Of a stretch of DNA of 32,000 nt, positions 7,691 to 18,593 are shown one piece after another. The notes beneath the pieces were generated by a model. It was not told the origin of the DNA. It ran no database searches and saw nothing but the letters and a program-made list of their open reading frames with translations. The position numbers and the translations under genes are program-made. This DNA is from Corynebacterium amycolatum (GTDB taxonomy: Bacteria > Actinomycetota > Actinomycetes > Mycobacteriales > Mycobacteriaceae), in assembly GCF_049243625.1 (NCBI RefSeq), contig NZ_CP046975.1. One strand, written 5' to 3'. Within the stretch, counting starts at the first letter, position 1. Every line of letters begins with the position of its first letter.

Positions 7691-8446
7691 ATGACTGAAT
7701 CATCCACACCACAGAGCATGATTTCGATTGCCGGGGTGAACAAGTACTACGGCGACTACCACGCTTTGCGTGATATCAACCTAGAAATCCCAGCTGGTCA
7801 GGTCGTAGTCATCCTCGGCCCCTCCGGCTCCGGTAAGTCCACCCTGTGTCGAACCATCAACCGCCTGGAAACCATCGACAGTGGCGAAATTCGCATCAAC
7901 GGCAAGCTTCTTCCCGAAGAGGGCAAGGAACTCACCCGCCTGCGCGCTGAGGTTGGCATGGTCTTCCAGCAGTTCAACCTCTTCAGCCACATGACCATTC
8001 GGGACAACGTCACGCTGGCCCCGCTGAAGGTCCGCAAGATCTCCAAAGCCGAGGCCCGCGAGCGTGCGGACAAGCTGCTCGCCCGTGTCGGCATTGCGGA
8101 ACAGGCCGACAAGTACCCGGCACAGCTCTCCGGCGGCCAGCAGCAGCGCGTCGCCATCGCCCGCGCCCTGGCCATGGACCCGAAGGTCATGCTTTTCGAC
8201 GAGCCCACCTCCGCGCTCGACCCAGAAATGATTAACGAGGTCCTCGATGTCATGACCGACCTGGCCAAGGGCGGCATGACCATGGTCTGCGTCACCCACG
8301 AGATGAGCTTCGCCCGCCGCGTGGCCGACCGCATCCTGTTCATGGCCGAGGGGTCCATTGTCGAAGACACCGACCCGGAGACCTTCTTCACCAACCCGCA
8401 GAGCGATCGCGCCAAGGACTTCTTGGCCAAGATCGTCGGGCACTAG
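7691..8446 (+). CDS. gluA: glutamate ABC transporter ATP-binding protein
   Basis: Walker A GPSGSGKST, ABC signature LSGGQQQRVAIARAL, Walker B MLFDEPTSALD. Strong resemblance to C. glutamicum GluA as I remember it. Start candidates are ATG 7691 (TATACT -10-like box 7 nt upstream, no SD) and ATG 7718, which would give 242 aa starting MISIAGVNKYYG. The ORF-track start at 7604 is unlikely. Confidence 0.85.
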   Translation: MTESSTPQSMISIAGVNKYYGDYHALRDINLEIPAGQVVVILGPSGSGKSTLCRTINRLETIDSGEIRINGKLLPEEGKELTRLRAEVGMVFQQFNLFSHMTIRDNVTLAPLKVRKISKAEARERADKLLARVGIAEQADKYPAQLSGGQQQRVAIARALAMDPKVMLFDEPTSALDPEMINEVLDVMTDLAKGGMTMVCVTHEMSFARRVADRILFMAEGSIVEDTDPETFFTNPQSDRAKDFLAKIVGH

Positions 8447-8461
8447 GCGGGGCTGGTCACC

Positions 8462-9403
8462 ATGAAGCTTTCACTATTACGAGGAGGCCGGGGACTCAGT
8501 CGCAACCAGAGCCGCCGAGGCGTCGTCGGCAAGCGAGTTGCAGCGGCTGTCGTAGCTGTTGCCACGACAATGAGCCTCGTGGCTTGCGGTAGCGGCGGGC
8601 CCCGAAACCTGCTGGCCGATATCGAGGCCGGGCACGTGACGTTGGGCACGAAGTTTGACCAGCCGGGTCTCGGTGAGCGCACCCCGGATCGCGATTTCGC
8701 GGGCGTCGACACAGATGTCTCCCGCTACGTCATCGAGTACATCGCCAACAAGAACGGTTGGAATGTGCCCGAGATGGAGTGGCGCGAGACCCCGTCCGCT
8801 CAGCGCGAGACGCTAATTAACAACGGCGAGGTCAACATGATTGCCGCCACCTACTCCATCAACGCTGGCCGCCTGGCTGCCGTCGACTTCGCCGGCCCGT
8901 ACCTGGTCACGCACCAGGCACTGTTGGTGCGCGGTTCCGAGGGCATCCAGGGGCTTGACGACGTCGCCCCGGGCACTCGCCTGTGTTCTGTTTCCGGTTC
9001 CACCCCAGCACAGAAGGTCAAGGACGCTCTGCCGGAGGTGCAGCTGCAGGAGTTCGATACCTACGCCGCATGCGCCGAAGGTGTGAAGCAGGGTGTCGTC
9101 GATGCCCTGACCACCGATGCGACCATTCTCGCGGGCTTCGCCCAGCGCTACAAGAAACGCTTCGGCGATGACTTCCGCGTGGTTGAGCTGCGTAACCCCG
9201 ATGGCTCCTACTGGACCAACGAGTACTACGGCATCGGCCTACCCAAGGGCGATGATGCCAGCCGTGAGGCCATCAACGAGGCGCTGGAGTCGCTGTACGA
9301 CACCGGTGAACTTCAGAAGATTGTAAAGAAGCACTTGGGCGACAAGTTCGAGCTCGACGAAAAGCCAGCAATCGGCGATTTGTCGTTCGTAGAGAAGAAG
9401 TAG
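8462..9403 (+). CDS. gluB: glutamate-binding lipoprotein, ABC transporter substrate-binding component
   Basis: Lipobox SLVAC-GSG after a hydrophobic signal peptide. Family-3 solute-binding protein features. Positioned between gluA and gluC. Confidence 0.85.
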   Translation: MKLSLLRGGRGLSRNQSRRGVVGKRVAAAVVAVATTMSLVACGSGGPRNLLADIEAGHVTLGTKFDQPGLGERTPDRDFAGVDTDVSRYVIEYIANKNGWNVPEMEWRETPSAQRETLINNGEVNMIAATYSINAGRLAAVDFAGPYLVTHQALLVRGSEGIQGLDDVAPGTRLCSVSGSTPAQKVKDALPEVQLQEFDTYAACAEGVKQGVVDALTTDATILAGFAQRYKKRFGDDFRVVELRNPDGSYWTNEYYGIGLPKGDDASREAINEALESLYDTGELQKIVKKHLGDKFELDEKPAIGDLSFVEKK

Positions 9404-9422
9404 GAAGGGGTGCGAGCAAACA

Positions 9423-10109
9423 ATGAATCCAGAACTATGGAGTGAAATGGGGCCGGAACTGCTGCCGGCTTTCTGGGTGACCATCAAACTGACGATTGCC
9501 TCGGCAATTGGTTCCCTGATCTTTGGCACGCTTCTCACCGCCATGCGTGTGAGCCCCGTGGGAATCCTGCGTACCCTGTCGACCTGGTACATCAACATCG
9601 TCCGCAATACGCCGCTGACGTTGATTGTCCTGCTGGCCTCGATGGGCCTCTACTACAACTTGGGCCTGCTGCTGGCTGCGGAGAATGACTCCTTTATTGT
9701 CAAGCAGAACTTCCGCCTGGCGGTGCTGGCTTTTGTTGCCTACACCTCGTGCTTTGTCGCGGAGTCCCTGCGTGCCGGTATTAATACTGTGCCATTCGGG
9801 CAGGCCGAAGCCGCCCGCTCCCTGGGGCTAAGCTTCGGCCAGAGCTTCCGCCACATCATCTTCCCGCAGGCATTCCGCGGCGCTATCGTGCCGCTCGGCA
9901 ATACCCTGATTGCACTGACGAAGAACACCACGATTGCTTCGGTCATCGGTGTGGCTGAAGCGTCGCTGCTGATGAAGACCATGACCGAAAACTACGCCAG
10001 CGATATCCTGATTATCTTCGGCATCATCGCTGTCGGCTTTATTATTCTGACTCTGCCGACCGGTCTGTTCTTCGGCTGGGCTGGCAAGCGATGGGCGGTG
10101 AAGCGCTAA
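9423..10109 (+). CDS. gluC: glutamate ABC transporter permease
   Basis: 228 aa, polytopic, with the EAA-loop motif [22 protein letters not shown]. Its stop TAA (10107-10109) overlaps the gluD ATG. Confidence 0.85.
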   Translation: MNPELWSEMGPELLPAFWVTIKLTIASAIGSLIFGTLLTAMRVSPVGILRTLSTWYINIVRNTPLTLIVLLASMGLYYNLGLLLAAENDSFIVKQNFRLAVLAFVAYTSCFVAESLRAGINTVPFGQAEAARSLGLSFGQSFRHIIFPQAFRGAIVPLGNTLIALTKNTTIASVIGVAEASLLMKTMTENYASDILIIFGIIAVGFIILTLPTGLFFGWAGKRWAVKR

Positions 10110-11047
10110 TGGCTACTCGCGCAACAGTTCTTTACGACGCGCCAGGCCCCAAGGCTCAGCGCTTCAACCGAATTCTCACCTGGATCGTGGCCGCAATCAC
10201 CGTTGCGATCCTCGCCTGGGTGGGAATGAAACTGGCCGACAAGGGCCAGTTCGAGGCCAATAAGTGGTCGTTCTTCCTCGAATCCACAACCTGGACCACA
10301 TACATACTGCCCGGCCTGGTCAGCACCATTGTCGCGGCTGTCGTCTCTATTATTCTGTCGCTGGTGATTGGCGCTCTCCTGGGCGTCGGCAGGCTGAGCC
10401 CAATCGCACCCGTGCGCTGGCTGTGCTCGGTGATTGTCGAGTTTTTCCGCGCCATCCCGGTGCTGGTGCTCATGCTGTTTGCCTACTCGGTGTTCGCCAT
10501 CTGGCAGCTGTTCCCGTCGAATTACCTCGGCTTTGCCGCTGTTGTGTTTGGTCTGACCATGTACAACGGATCTGTGATTGGCGAGACCCTGCGCTCCGGC
10601 ATCGAGTCGCTGCCGAAGGGCCAGCGAGAAGCCGCGATTGCGCTGGGTCTCTCCCACCGCCAGACGATGGTCACCATTTTGCTGCCGCAGGCAGTCGCCG
10701 CAATGCTGCCGGCGATTATCTCGCAGATGGTCATTGCGCTGAAGGACTCCGCGCTGGGTTACATGATTGGCTACGTCGAGGTTGTCCGCTCTGGTCGCCA
10801 GCTTGGCGAGTACTACGGCGCCATGATTCCATCGCTGGTCGTCGTGGCAATCATTCTCATCGCCATCAACTTCGGCCTGGCCAACCTTGCCGAGCGCATC
10901 GAAAGCCAGCTCCGCGCCGGCCGCGCTCGACGCAACATCATTGCGAAGGTCCCGCATCAACGCGACGTGGGTGTCACCACTAAGGATGAAACCAATGTCG
11001 ACTGGCACGCCGAAGGCCACCGAGATCTGCGTGGCACTCACGAGTAA
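10109..11047 (+). CDS. gluD: glutamate ABC transporter permease
   Basis: EAA-loop motif [23 protein letters not shown]. The start at ATG 10109 forms a TAATG overlap with gluC ([14 protein letters not shown]...). The hydrophilic C-terminal tail is longer than I recall for C. glutamicum GluD. Confidence 0.85.
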   Translation: MATRATVLYDAPGPKAQRFNRILTWIVAAITVAILAWVGMKLADKGQFEANKWSFFLESTTWTTYILPGLVSTIVAAVVSIILSLVIGALLGVGRLSPIAPVRWLCSVIVEFFRAIPVLVLMLFAYSVFAIWQLFPSNYLGFAAVVFGLTMYNGSVIGETLRSGIESLPKGQREAAIALGLSHRQTMVTILLPQAVAAMLPAIISQMVIALKDSALGYMIGYVEVVRSGRQLGEYYGAMIPSLVVVAIILIAINFGLANLAERIESQLRAGRARRNIIAKVPHQRDVGVTTKDETNVDWHAEGHRDLRGTHE

Positions 11048-11098
11048 AGCTCGCCGCATTACCCACGCACCCACATTCGCTTTACGACGAACACAGCG

Positions 11099-11146
11099 AC
11101 GCCGCCCATGGAAACTACTTTTGGTTTCCGTCGGGCGGCGTTTTCG
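11099..11146 (+). terminator. rho-independent terminator after gluD
   Basis: CGCCGCCC (11100-11107) pairs with GGGCGGCG (11133-11140). An inner stem GGAAAC/GTTTCC follows, with an 8-nt loop and then TTTT (11141-11144). Confidence 0.7.
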
Positions 11147-11262
11147 TAGTTGGCCTCGCCTTCGCTCCTATCGATGAGCTACTCACTGATGGACAGGCTC
11201 CGGTGCATCTATAGGTGAATAGCGTGGCCACAAGTGCCGGGCACTACTGCGACCGTGCTCTA

Positions 11263-13074
11263 CTACGACTCAGACTTGGTCCCCGACTCCTCTGGCTCCT
11301 CCGATTCCGACTTTTCGCCAGACTCAAACTCACCTTCAACGACCACATCGGACTGAATAACCAGGCGTCCCTCGTCATCGTGGGTGTACTCAAAGCGTGG
11401 TAGCTCATTGCCCTCTTCGTCGTAGCCCGGTGCGGGTGCGGCTTCGTGCTTCTCCAACTTCTCTGGAGTGTCGGTCTTGCTCCACTGTCGCGTGACTGGC
11501 TTGCGCACGGCCATGTGGTCATCACTCATGCCCTTGACCAGGGAGTACATCATGATGAAGTGGAGGAAGAAGAACGGCACACCAATGACAATCACCGCGG
11601 ATTGCAGCGCTTCCAGTGCAGTTTCACCAGAAATCAGCAGCAGAGAAGCTGCCACAGCACCGATCATGATGCCCCACAGCACGCGGTAAAAGGTCGGGGC
11701 CTTGTTTTCTTCACCGGTGGACATCATGTCCATTACCATCGCAGCGGAGTCGATGGAGGTGACGAAGAAGATCATGATCACAAAGAGCGCAAATACGCTG
11801 ACAAGCGTTGCCAGCGGGTACTGCTCCAGGAGGATAAAGAGTGCCGGCGAGGGATCTCCGCCTTCGACAACTGGTTTGGTCAGAATACCCGGATTCTCAT
11901 TTTCCAATTCAAAGCCTGCACGCCCGAAGATGGAGAACCACATAATTGACACGATTGTCGGCAGTGCAATCACACCGGCGATGAACTGACGTACTGTACG
12001 GCCACGAGAAATACGGGCGACGAACATGCCCACAAATGGCGACCAGCAGATTGTCCAGGCCCAGTAGAAGACCGTCCAGGCACCCTGCTTCCAATTCGGG
12101 TTGACGTCGTAGGAGTCAGTCCAGAACATGACGCGTGGCAACGCATCCAAGTAGACACCTGTCGTGTCGACAGTCTGGCGCAGCAACGTCAAAGTCGGGC
12201 CCATCAGCAGCACGAAGACCATCAACCCCATGGCGGCCCAAATATTGGCATTGGACAGCAACTTGATGCCCTTGTCCAAACCACGTGCCACAGAGATCGA
12301 GGCAATCACAATAATGATGGCAATCAGAATGAGCTGCACCATCGAGTTTTCCGGGGTACCGATTACACGAGCAGCACCGGAGTTAATCTGCAGCGCACCC
12401 ATGCCAACCGATACCGCGATACCGACGACCGTACCGATGATGGCAACGGCGTCGATAAGCTTGCCCGGCCATGAGTAGATGCGGGCACCGAGCAGCGGCG
12501 CGAAAATCGAGGAGACGCGTGGCGGCAGATGGCGCTTGTAAATGAAGTATCCCAGTGCGAGCCCCGGAAGCGCCATGATGACCCACATGTGAATACCCAG
12601 GTGGTAGATGGTAAATGCCATCGCAGTGTTCTGAGCTTCGCGGGTCATCGGCTCTTGACCGAACGGCGGGTTGTAGGCGTGGTTGAGTGGTTCAGCCACA
12701 CCCCAGAACATCAGCATGGAGCCAGTACCACCGGCGAAGAGCATGCCGAACCACTCAGCGATGCTGTATTCGGGCTCTTCGTCGTCATCGCCAAGCTGAA
12801 TGCGTCCGTAGCGGGACACGAACAAGCCGATGAGGAAGATAAAGCTCGCAGAAACACCACCGATGAACAGCCAGCCCAGGTTAGATGTAACCCATTCGGA
12901 AGCGGCCGAGTAGGCACCCCGAGCTGTGTCCCCCAGCACAACGGTCACTGCCACAAAGAGGACAATGAAACCTATCGCTGTCGTGAAGATCAACGGGTCG
13001 GTCGGCAGGTTCTTAAGAAAACCGCCCGACTTCTTTTCTTGCTTGTTTACTTGTGGCGTTGTTGTAGATCCCAT
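11263..13074 (-). CDS. BCCT family betaine/carnitine/choline-type osmolyte transporter
   Basis: 603 aa, polytopic, with the BCCT signature WTVFYWAWTICWSPFVGMFVARISRGRTVRQF. The cytoplasmic C-terminal tail is long and acidic (EGEFESGEKSESEEPEESGTKSES). I cannot tell which paralogue it is (BetP, EctP or LcoP type). Confidence 0.9.
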   Translation of the reverse strand: MGSTTTPQVNKQEKKSGGFLKNLPTDPLIFTTAIGFIVLFVAVTVVLGDTARGAYSAASEWVTSNLGWLFIGGVSASFIFLIGLFVSRYGRIQLGDDDEEPEYSIAEWFGMLFAGGTGSMLMFWGVAEPLNHAYNPPFGQEPMTREAQNTAMAFTIYHLGIHMWVIMALPGLALGYFIYKRHLPPRVSSIFAPLLGARIYSWPGKLIDAVAIIGTVVGIAVSVGMGALQINSGAARVIGTPENSMVQLILIAIIIVIASISVARGLDKGIKLLSNANIWAAMGLMVFVLLMGPTLTLLRQTVDTTGVYLDALPRVMFWTDSYDVNPNWKQGAWTVFYWAWTICWSPFVGMFVARISRGRTVRQFIAGVIALPTIVSIMWFSIFGRAGFELENENPGILTKPVVEGGDPSPALFILLEQYPLATLVSVFALFVIMIFFVTSIDSAAMVMDMMSTGEENKAPTFYRVLWGIMIGAVAASLLLISGETALEALQSAVIVIGVPFFFLHFIMMYSLVKGMSDDHMAVRKPVTRQWSKTDTPEKLEKHEAAPAPGYDEEGNELPRFEYTHDDEGRLVIQSDVVVEGEFESGEKSESEEPEESGTKSES

Positions 13075-13107
13075 TGTCGGGGTCGGCGCCTTTCACTTCT
13101 AGATTGT

Positions 13108-13124
13108 CTGTCTTTAAAAGACAG
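13108..13124. promoter_or_regulatory. perfect 8-1-8 palindrome upstream of the BCCT gene (candidate operator or 5'-UTR hairpin)
   Basis: CTGTCTTT-A-AAAGACAG, 34 nt upstream of the BCCT ATG (13074), in the divergent BCCT/phoD intergenic region. Confidence 0.35.
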
Positions 13125-13282
13125 CTCGGAAGACACATTCCTCCCAAGTCAGTTATCTACGTTACAAAAAGAAGCGGAGCCATTCTCAATAACCGGGTCT
13201 TTGTACTGCAATTGCGACTTTTCCCTTCGAGTTCACGCCGGTTTAACCGAACATCAAAGTGGAAAACCTAAAGTTCGACTCC

Positions 13283-14869
13283 ATGCAGCTTTCCCGTCGT
13301 AGCGCTCTACGTTTAGGCGCATCCACCGCACTTGCTACTTCAGTCACGCTCGCTCATGCCTCTGGAGCTGCCGCTTCAGTTACACCGGGTTCGCCGTCAC
13401 TGGCCTCCCCAGGGCTATTGCGTTCTCGGCCACAGCTCACTCACGGCGTTGCAAGTGGCGATATCCGCGGCGACGGCGCATTAATTTGGGCTCGCTCAGA
13501 CCGCCCCGCCCACATGGTTGTTGAAACTGCCGCGACAGAGAGCTTCCAGAATGCCAAGGTATTCCGCAGCAACTCTCTGTTAACTCCGGACACGGACGGC
13601 ACCGGACGTCTACGTGTCGTCGGTCTCGAGCCGGGACAGGAAATCTTTTACCGCGTCACGCTCGAAGAGGCAGATACTGGAATCTGCTCTGATCCCGTTA
13701 TCGGCACCTTCCGTACTGCCCCCAACCGCGCATCCAACATCCGCCTGCACTGGTCCGGCGATGTCGCAGGACAGGGTTGGGGAATTAACGACGAGATCGG
13801 TGGCTACACCGGCTTTTCCACCATGCTGGAGCGCAATCCAGACCTATTCATTCACTCAGGCGACACCTGCTACGCCGACGGTCCGCTGGAGGAATCCGTC
13901 ACGCTTTCCGACGGCACTGTGTGGCACAACCATGTCACTCCGGCCAAATCCAAAGTTGCTGAAACCCTCGAGGATTATCGCGGCCAGTACTCCTACAACC
14001 TCATGGACAAGAACTACTTGGCCTTCAATGCGCAGGTTCCGCAGCTGGTCCAGTGGGATGACCACGAAACAGTCAACAACTGGTACCCCAACGAAGTCCT
14101 AGACGATGATCGCTATACCGAGCGCGATGTCAACACCCTGGCCAAGCGCGCCTACCAGGCTTTCCATGAGTGGCAGCCACTTGATCAGCAAATGGCTGTT
14201 GATGGGCGCGTATACCGCAAGGTTTCCTACGGCCCTTTGCTAGACATCTTCATCCTGGATATGCGCAGCTACAAGGGAGAAAACACTTCCAATAATCCGC
14301 GCTCGACAACCGAAGAACCAATCCTTGGCGAAAAGCAGACAAACTGGTTAATCGACTCCCTCAAGGACTCCCGCGCAACGTGGAAGATTGTTGCCAATGA
14401 CCTACCGCTTGGAATCATCGTCCCCGACGGCGACGATGGTGACCAAGAAAGCGTATCCAATGGTGCCACCGGTGCGCCTGCAGGACGTGAACGTGAAATC
14501 GCCCGTCTGCTCAGCGCCATTAAGGATGTTTCAAATATCGTTTGGCTCACCGCCGATGTGCACTACACCGCGGCTCACCACTACAGCCCGGAGCGCGCAC
14601 AGTTCACTGACTTCGCACCCTTCTGGGAATTCGTCTCCGGTCCTCTCCACGCGGGCGCTTTCGGCCCCAACGAAATGGATCCGACCTTCGGGCCGAAGGT
14701 GGAGTACGTCCACGCACCGGGTAAGGACAATGCCAACGCCGACCCCACACAGGATTTCCAACACTTCGGCGAAGTCGATATCGACGGCGACTCACGCGAG
14801 ATGACTGTCCGTCTGCTCACCACCCGGGGCACCGAATTGTGGTCGACAACGCTGCAGCCGCAGGCGTAG
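13283..14869 (+). CDS. phoD: alkaline phosphatase D family protein, Tat-exported
   Basis: Twin-arginine signal MQLSRRSALRLGASTALATSV. Metallophosphatase motifs FIHSGDTCYAD and WDDHETVNNW. I prefer ATG 13283; the ORF track begins at GTG 13259. Confidence 0.85.
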   Translation: MQLSRRSALRLGASTALATSVTLAHASGAAASVTPGSPSLASPGLLRSRPQLTHGVASGDIRGDGALIWARSDRPAHMVVETAATESFQNAKVFRSNSLLTPDTDGTGRLRVVGLEPGQEIFYRVTLEEADTGICSDPVIGTFRTAPNRASNIRLHWSGDVAGQGWGINDEIGGYTGFSTMLERNPDLFIHSGDTCYADGPLEESVTLSDGTVWHNHVTPAKSKVAETLEDYRGQYSYNLMDKNYLAFNAQVPQLVQWDDHETVNNWYPNEVLDDDRYTERDVNTLAKRAYQAFHEWQPLDQQMAVDGRVYRKVSYGPLLDIFILDMRSYKGENTSNNPRSTTEEPILGEKQTNWLIDSLKDSRATWKIVANDLPLGIIVPDGDDGDQESVSNGATGAPAGREREIARLLSAIKDVSNIVWLTADVHYTAAHHYSPERAQFTDFAPFWEFVSGPLHAGAFGPNEMDPTFGPKVEYVHAPGKDNANADPTQDFQHFGEVDIDGDSREMTVRLLTTRGTELWSTTLQPQA

Positions 14870-14905
14870 GCAAGCTGTTCAACAGAGCGTGGTGGCAGCT
14901 ACTAA

Positions 14906-16107
14906 TTAGTGCGTTCCGCCACGCTTCACGACGGTCTCCTGCCCCGCCGCCTGCCAGGCCACAATGCCCCCGTCCAGGTTAATGAGCTCCGGCGTGACAC
15001 CATCAGCCTCGGTATCGCTGGCCAGCAGCTCAATCGCCTGTTGCGAGCGGGCCCCCGAGTGGCAGTGAATGAGAACTCCCTCTGCCCCAGTTGCGACACC
15101 GTCAGCCTGCGCAAGTGCCTCATTCACAGCAGCCCACCCACGGCTGCGAATGTCACCGAGTGGCACAAGCACAGATCCGGCAATGGCGACCTCCGCGTGC
15201 TCATCGGGTTCGCGTACATCGATGAGAGGCACTCCCCTGGCAAGAAGCTCGTGCGCCATGTTGGGACCGATGCTGCGCACGCTCTGCGCCGGGTCCTCTT
15301 CATCCTCGGACCACGATGCTGCGCACACCTGCGCAATTTCGGTCAGGTCGGAAACGGGTTCGCGCTCCGGGTCGGCTGCAAAGGACAGTGTGCGGGTGGT
15401 TGCCTCCAGGGCGTCGATAAGCACGAGCTTGCCAACGCCGACCTTGCCAACACCAGTGAGCACCTTGATTGCTTCGACGACCATCATCGAGCCAATCTGT
15501 CCGACCATTGCGCCGAGGACACCACCTGCGGCGCACGACGGTACGGAGCCGGGGTCGGGAATGTCGGGGTAGAGATCGCGAAGCATGGGACCGTGGCCTG
15601 GCCAGAAGACGGACAGCTGCCCGGCGAACTGCAGAATCGTGGCCCAGACCAGCGGTGTTCCGGTCAGCTCCGCAGCATCGGAGGACAGGTAGCGCGTGGC
15701 GAAATTGTCCGCGCCGTCGAGCACTACATCGTGAGTGGCAAAGAGCTCCTCGGCATTGTCGACGCTCAACCTGCCGACAATTGCGGTCACCGATGCCTCG
15801 GAGTCGAGGCGCCGCACGGCATCGGCGGCGGATTCGGCCTTCGGGCGACCAATGTCAGACTCGCGGTGAATGACCTGGCGCTGCAAGTTGGACTCGTCGA
15901 CTACGTCATCGTCAATAATGGTGATGTGTCCGACCCCTGCACCGGCCAGGTACAACAACGCGGGCGATCCCAGGCCACCAGCGCCGATAACGAGGACGCG
16001 GGAAGCTCGCAAAGTTCGCTGCCCCTCGGCGCCAAAGCCCGGCAGTGTTAGATGCCGCGCGTACCGACGCAGGTCACGATCCGATAGATTGACCCCCTGC
16101 TCAGCCA

Positions 16108-16108
<1 letters not shown>
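14906..16108 (-). CDS. thiF: ThiF/MoeZ-type adenylyltransferase-sulfurtransferase (E1-like domain plus C-terminal rhodanese domain)
   Basis: Rossmann motif VLVIGAGGLGSP. C-terminal rhodanese active-site loop HCHSGARS. The ATG overlaps the thiG stop (TAATG at 16106-16110). It is the last gene of the thiO-S-G-F cluster. Confidence 0.8.
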
Positions 16109-17216
<1,108 letters not shown>

Positions 17217-17229
17217 AAGCGAGCCTCCT

Positions 17230-18414
17230 CTAGTCGCTGAAGCGGAATGGATCGACGGCGGAAAGAAGCGCCGGGTCGTTATCATTTTCTCGACCGGCGA
17301 CGACATCGGCGGTGAGCTTGGAACCGATAGCCGTAAGCAGAATGCCGTGGCGGAAGTAGCCGGTGGACACGGTCAGTCCTGGAGCCACGCGGCCAATCAT
17401 GGGGACATCGTCCGGGGAACCCGGCCGGGCGCGGGCGGTCATCTCGTAGATTTCGCAGTCGAGAATGCCGGGCACCAGGCGGTATGCGTCGCGGAGTAGC
17501 TGGTGGACTCCTTCGGCGGAGACACCGGTCAGGTCATCTTCACGCGAGGTAGCGCCGAGCACGACGGTGCCGTCAGCACGCGGGACGATATAAACCGGAC
17601 GCCCCTGAACCACACCGCGAATAGTGCGGGTGACCAGCGGCCGCAGGCGCTCCGGTACACGCAGACGCAGCACATCCCCATAGACCGGGCGCAGTGGCAG
17701 ATTCAGATTCTCCGGCAGCCCGGTGATATCGGCAGTGTTCAACCCCGCAGCCAGAACGACCTCATCGGCGAGGTAATCATTTCCGTCCGCACCGCCCAGA
17801 CCGATGGCGCGGTCGGAAGCGTAGATAACCTCTTGCGCGCGGGTGCGGATGACACGGTCTCCCAGGATGGTCAGCAGTGCGTCGGCGAGCAGACGCGGAT
17901 TGACCTGGTGATCTCCTGGAATATCCACCGCACCAACACAACCCGGCCCCAGTGCCGGCTCGGCCCGGCGCGCTTCGGTGGCGGTAATGCGGTTGATCTC
18001 CATACCCATGTCATGCTGCAACTCAACGAGCTCGCTAAGGGTCTGCCGGTCGGCGGCATCACCCGCACAAACAAACGTGGAATTCTCGATGTAGCCGACA
18101 TCGTGGCCTGATTCCTCAGCGATGGCCTGGGCAAAGTCGCGGTAGAGCTTGCCCGACTCAACCATCAGCGGATACAGCGTCGGCTGATCCCACACGACTT
18201 CGGCCACCGGCGCCAGCATGCCAGCTGCGGCGAAAGTTGCGCCGGAAACGGGCTCGGCATCGAGGACGGTCACATCGAATCCCCGGCGAAGTAGTCTCCA
18301 TGCCGTCGCCAAGCCAATAATGCCCGCACCTGCGATAACAACGCTTGACGACGTATCCCCTGTGCCACCCTCACCTATCGAGGCAGCACCCATAGCGGCA
18401 GCATTCACTGCCAT
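17230..18414 (-). CDS. thiO: glycine oxidase
   Basis: FAD dinucleotide-binding motif VVIAGAGIIGLATAW near the N-terminus. I place the start at ATG 18414 (MAVNAAAMGAAS..., 394 aa), immediately after GGAGGGAGGA. The listed 483-aa ORF runs on through the riboswitch into the thiE promoter region. Confidence 0.85.
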   Translation of the reverse strand: MAVNAAAMGAASIGEGGTGDTSSSVVIAGAGIIGLATAWRLLRRGFDVTVLDAEPVSGATFAAAGMLAPVAEVVWDQPTLYPLMVESGKLYRDFAQAIAEESGHDVGYIENSTFVCAGDAADRQTLSELVELQHDMGMEINRITATEARRAEPALGPGCVGAVDIPGDHQVNPRLLADALLTILGDRVIRTRAQEVIYASDRAIGLGGADGNDYLADEVVLAAGLNTADITGLPENLNLPLRPVYGDVLRLRVPERLRPLVTRTIRGVVQGRPVYIVPRADGTVVLGATSREDDLTGVSAEGVHQLLRDAYRLVPGILDCEIYEMTARARPGSPDDVPMIGRVAPGLTVSTGYFRHGILLTAIGSKLTADVVAGRENDNDPALLSAVDPFRFSD

Positions 18415-18530
18415 TCCTCCCTCCGGCGGCATAACCCGCATCAGGTAAAAGCGGTCGGCGTTATTCGCCCTCTCAGCCAGCGGCATCTCATCGATGCCGA
18501 GTACGGCTCCCGCGGAACGTAGTACTCCCC
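18415..18530 (-). promoter_or_regulatory. TPP (thi-box) riboswitch controlling thiO-thiS-thiG-thiF
   Basis: The minus-strand RNA reads GCGGGAGCCGUACU-CGGCAUC-GAUGA-GAUGCCG-CUGG-CUGAGA-GGGCGAAUAACGCCG-ACCGC-UUUU-ACCUGAU-GCGGGUUAUGCCGCC-GGAGGGAGGA-AUG. The thi-box hallmarks are present: CUGAGA, ACCUGAU and GGGUUAUGCCGCC..GGAGGGA. There is a perfect 7-bp P3-like hairpin. The 3' end contains the thiO SD. The outer boundary is approximate. Confidence 0.8.
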
Positions 18531-18593
18531 CATCATATGACTTCCCGATGGCCGCCACTACACCGCATCCTCGACCTCGCCTAACATGGGGAC

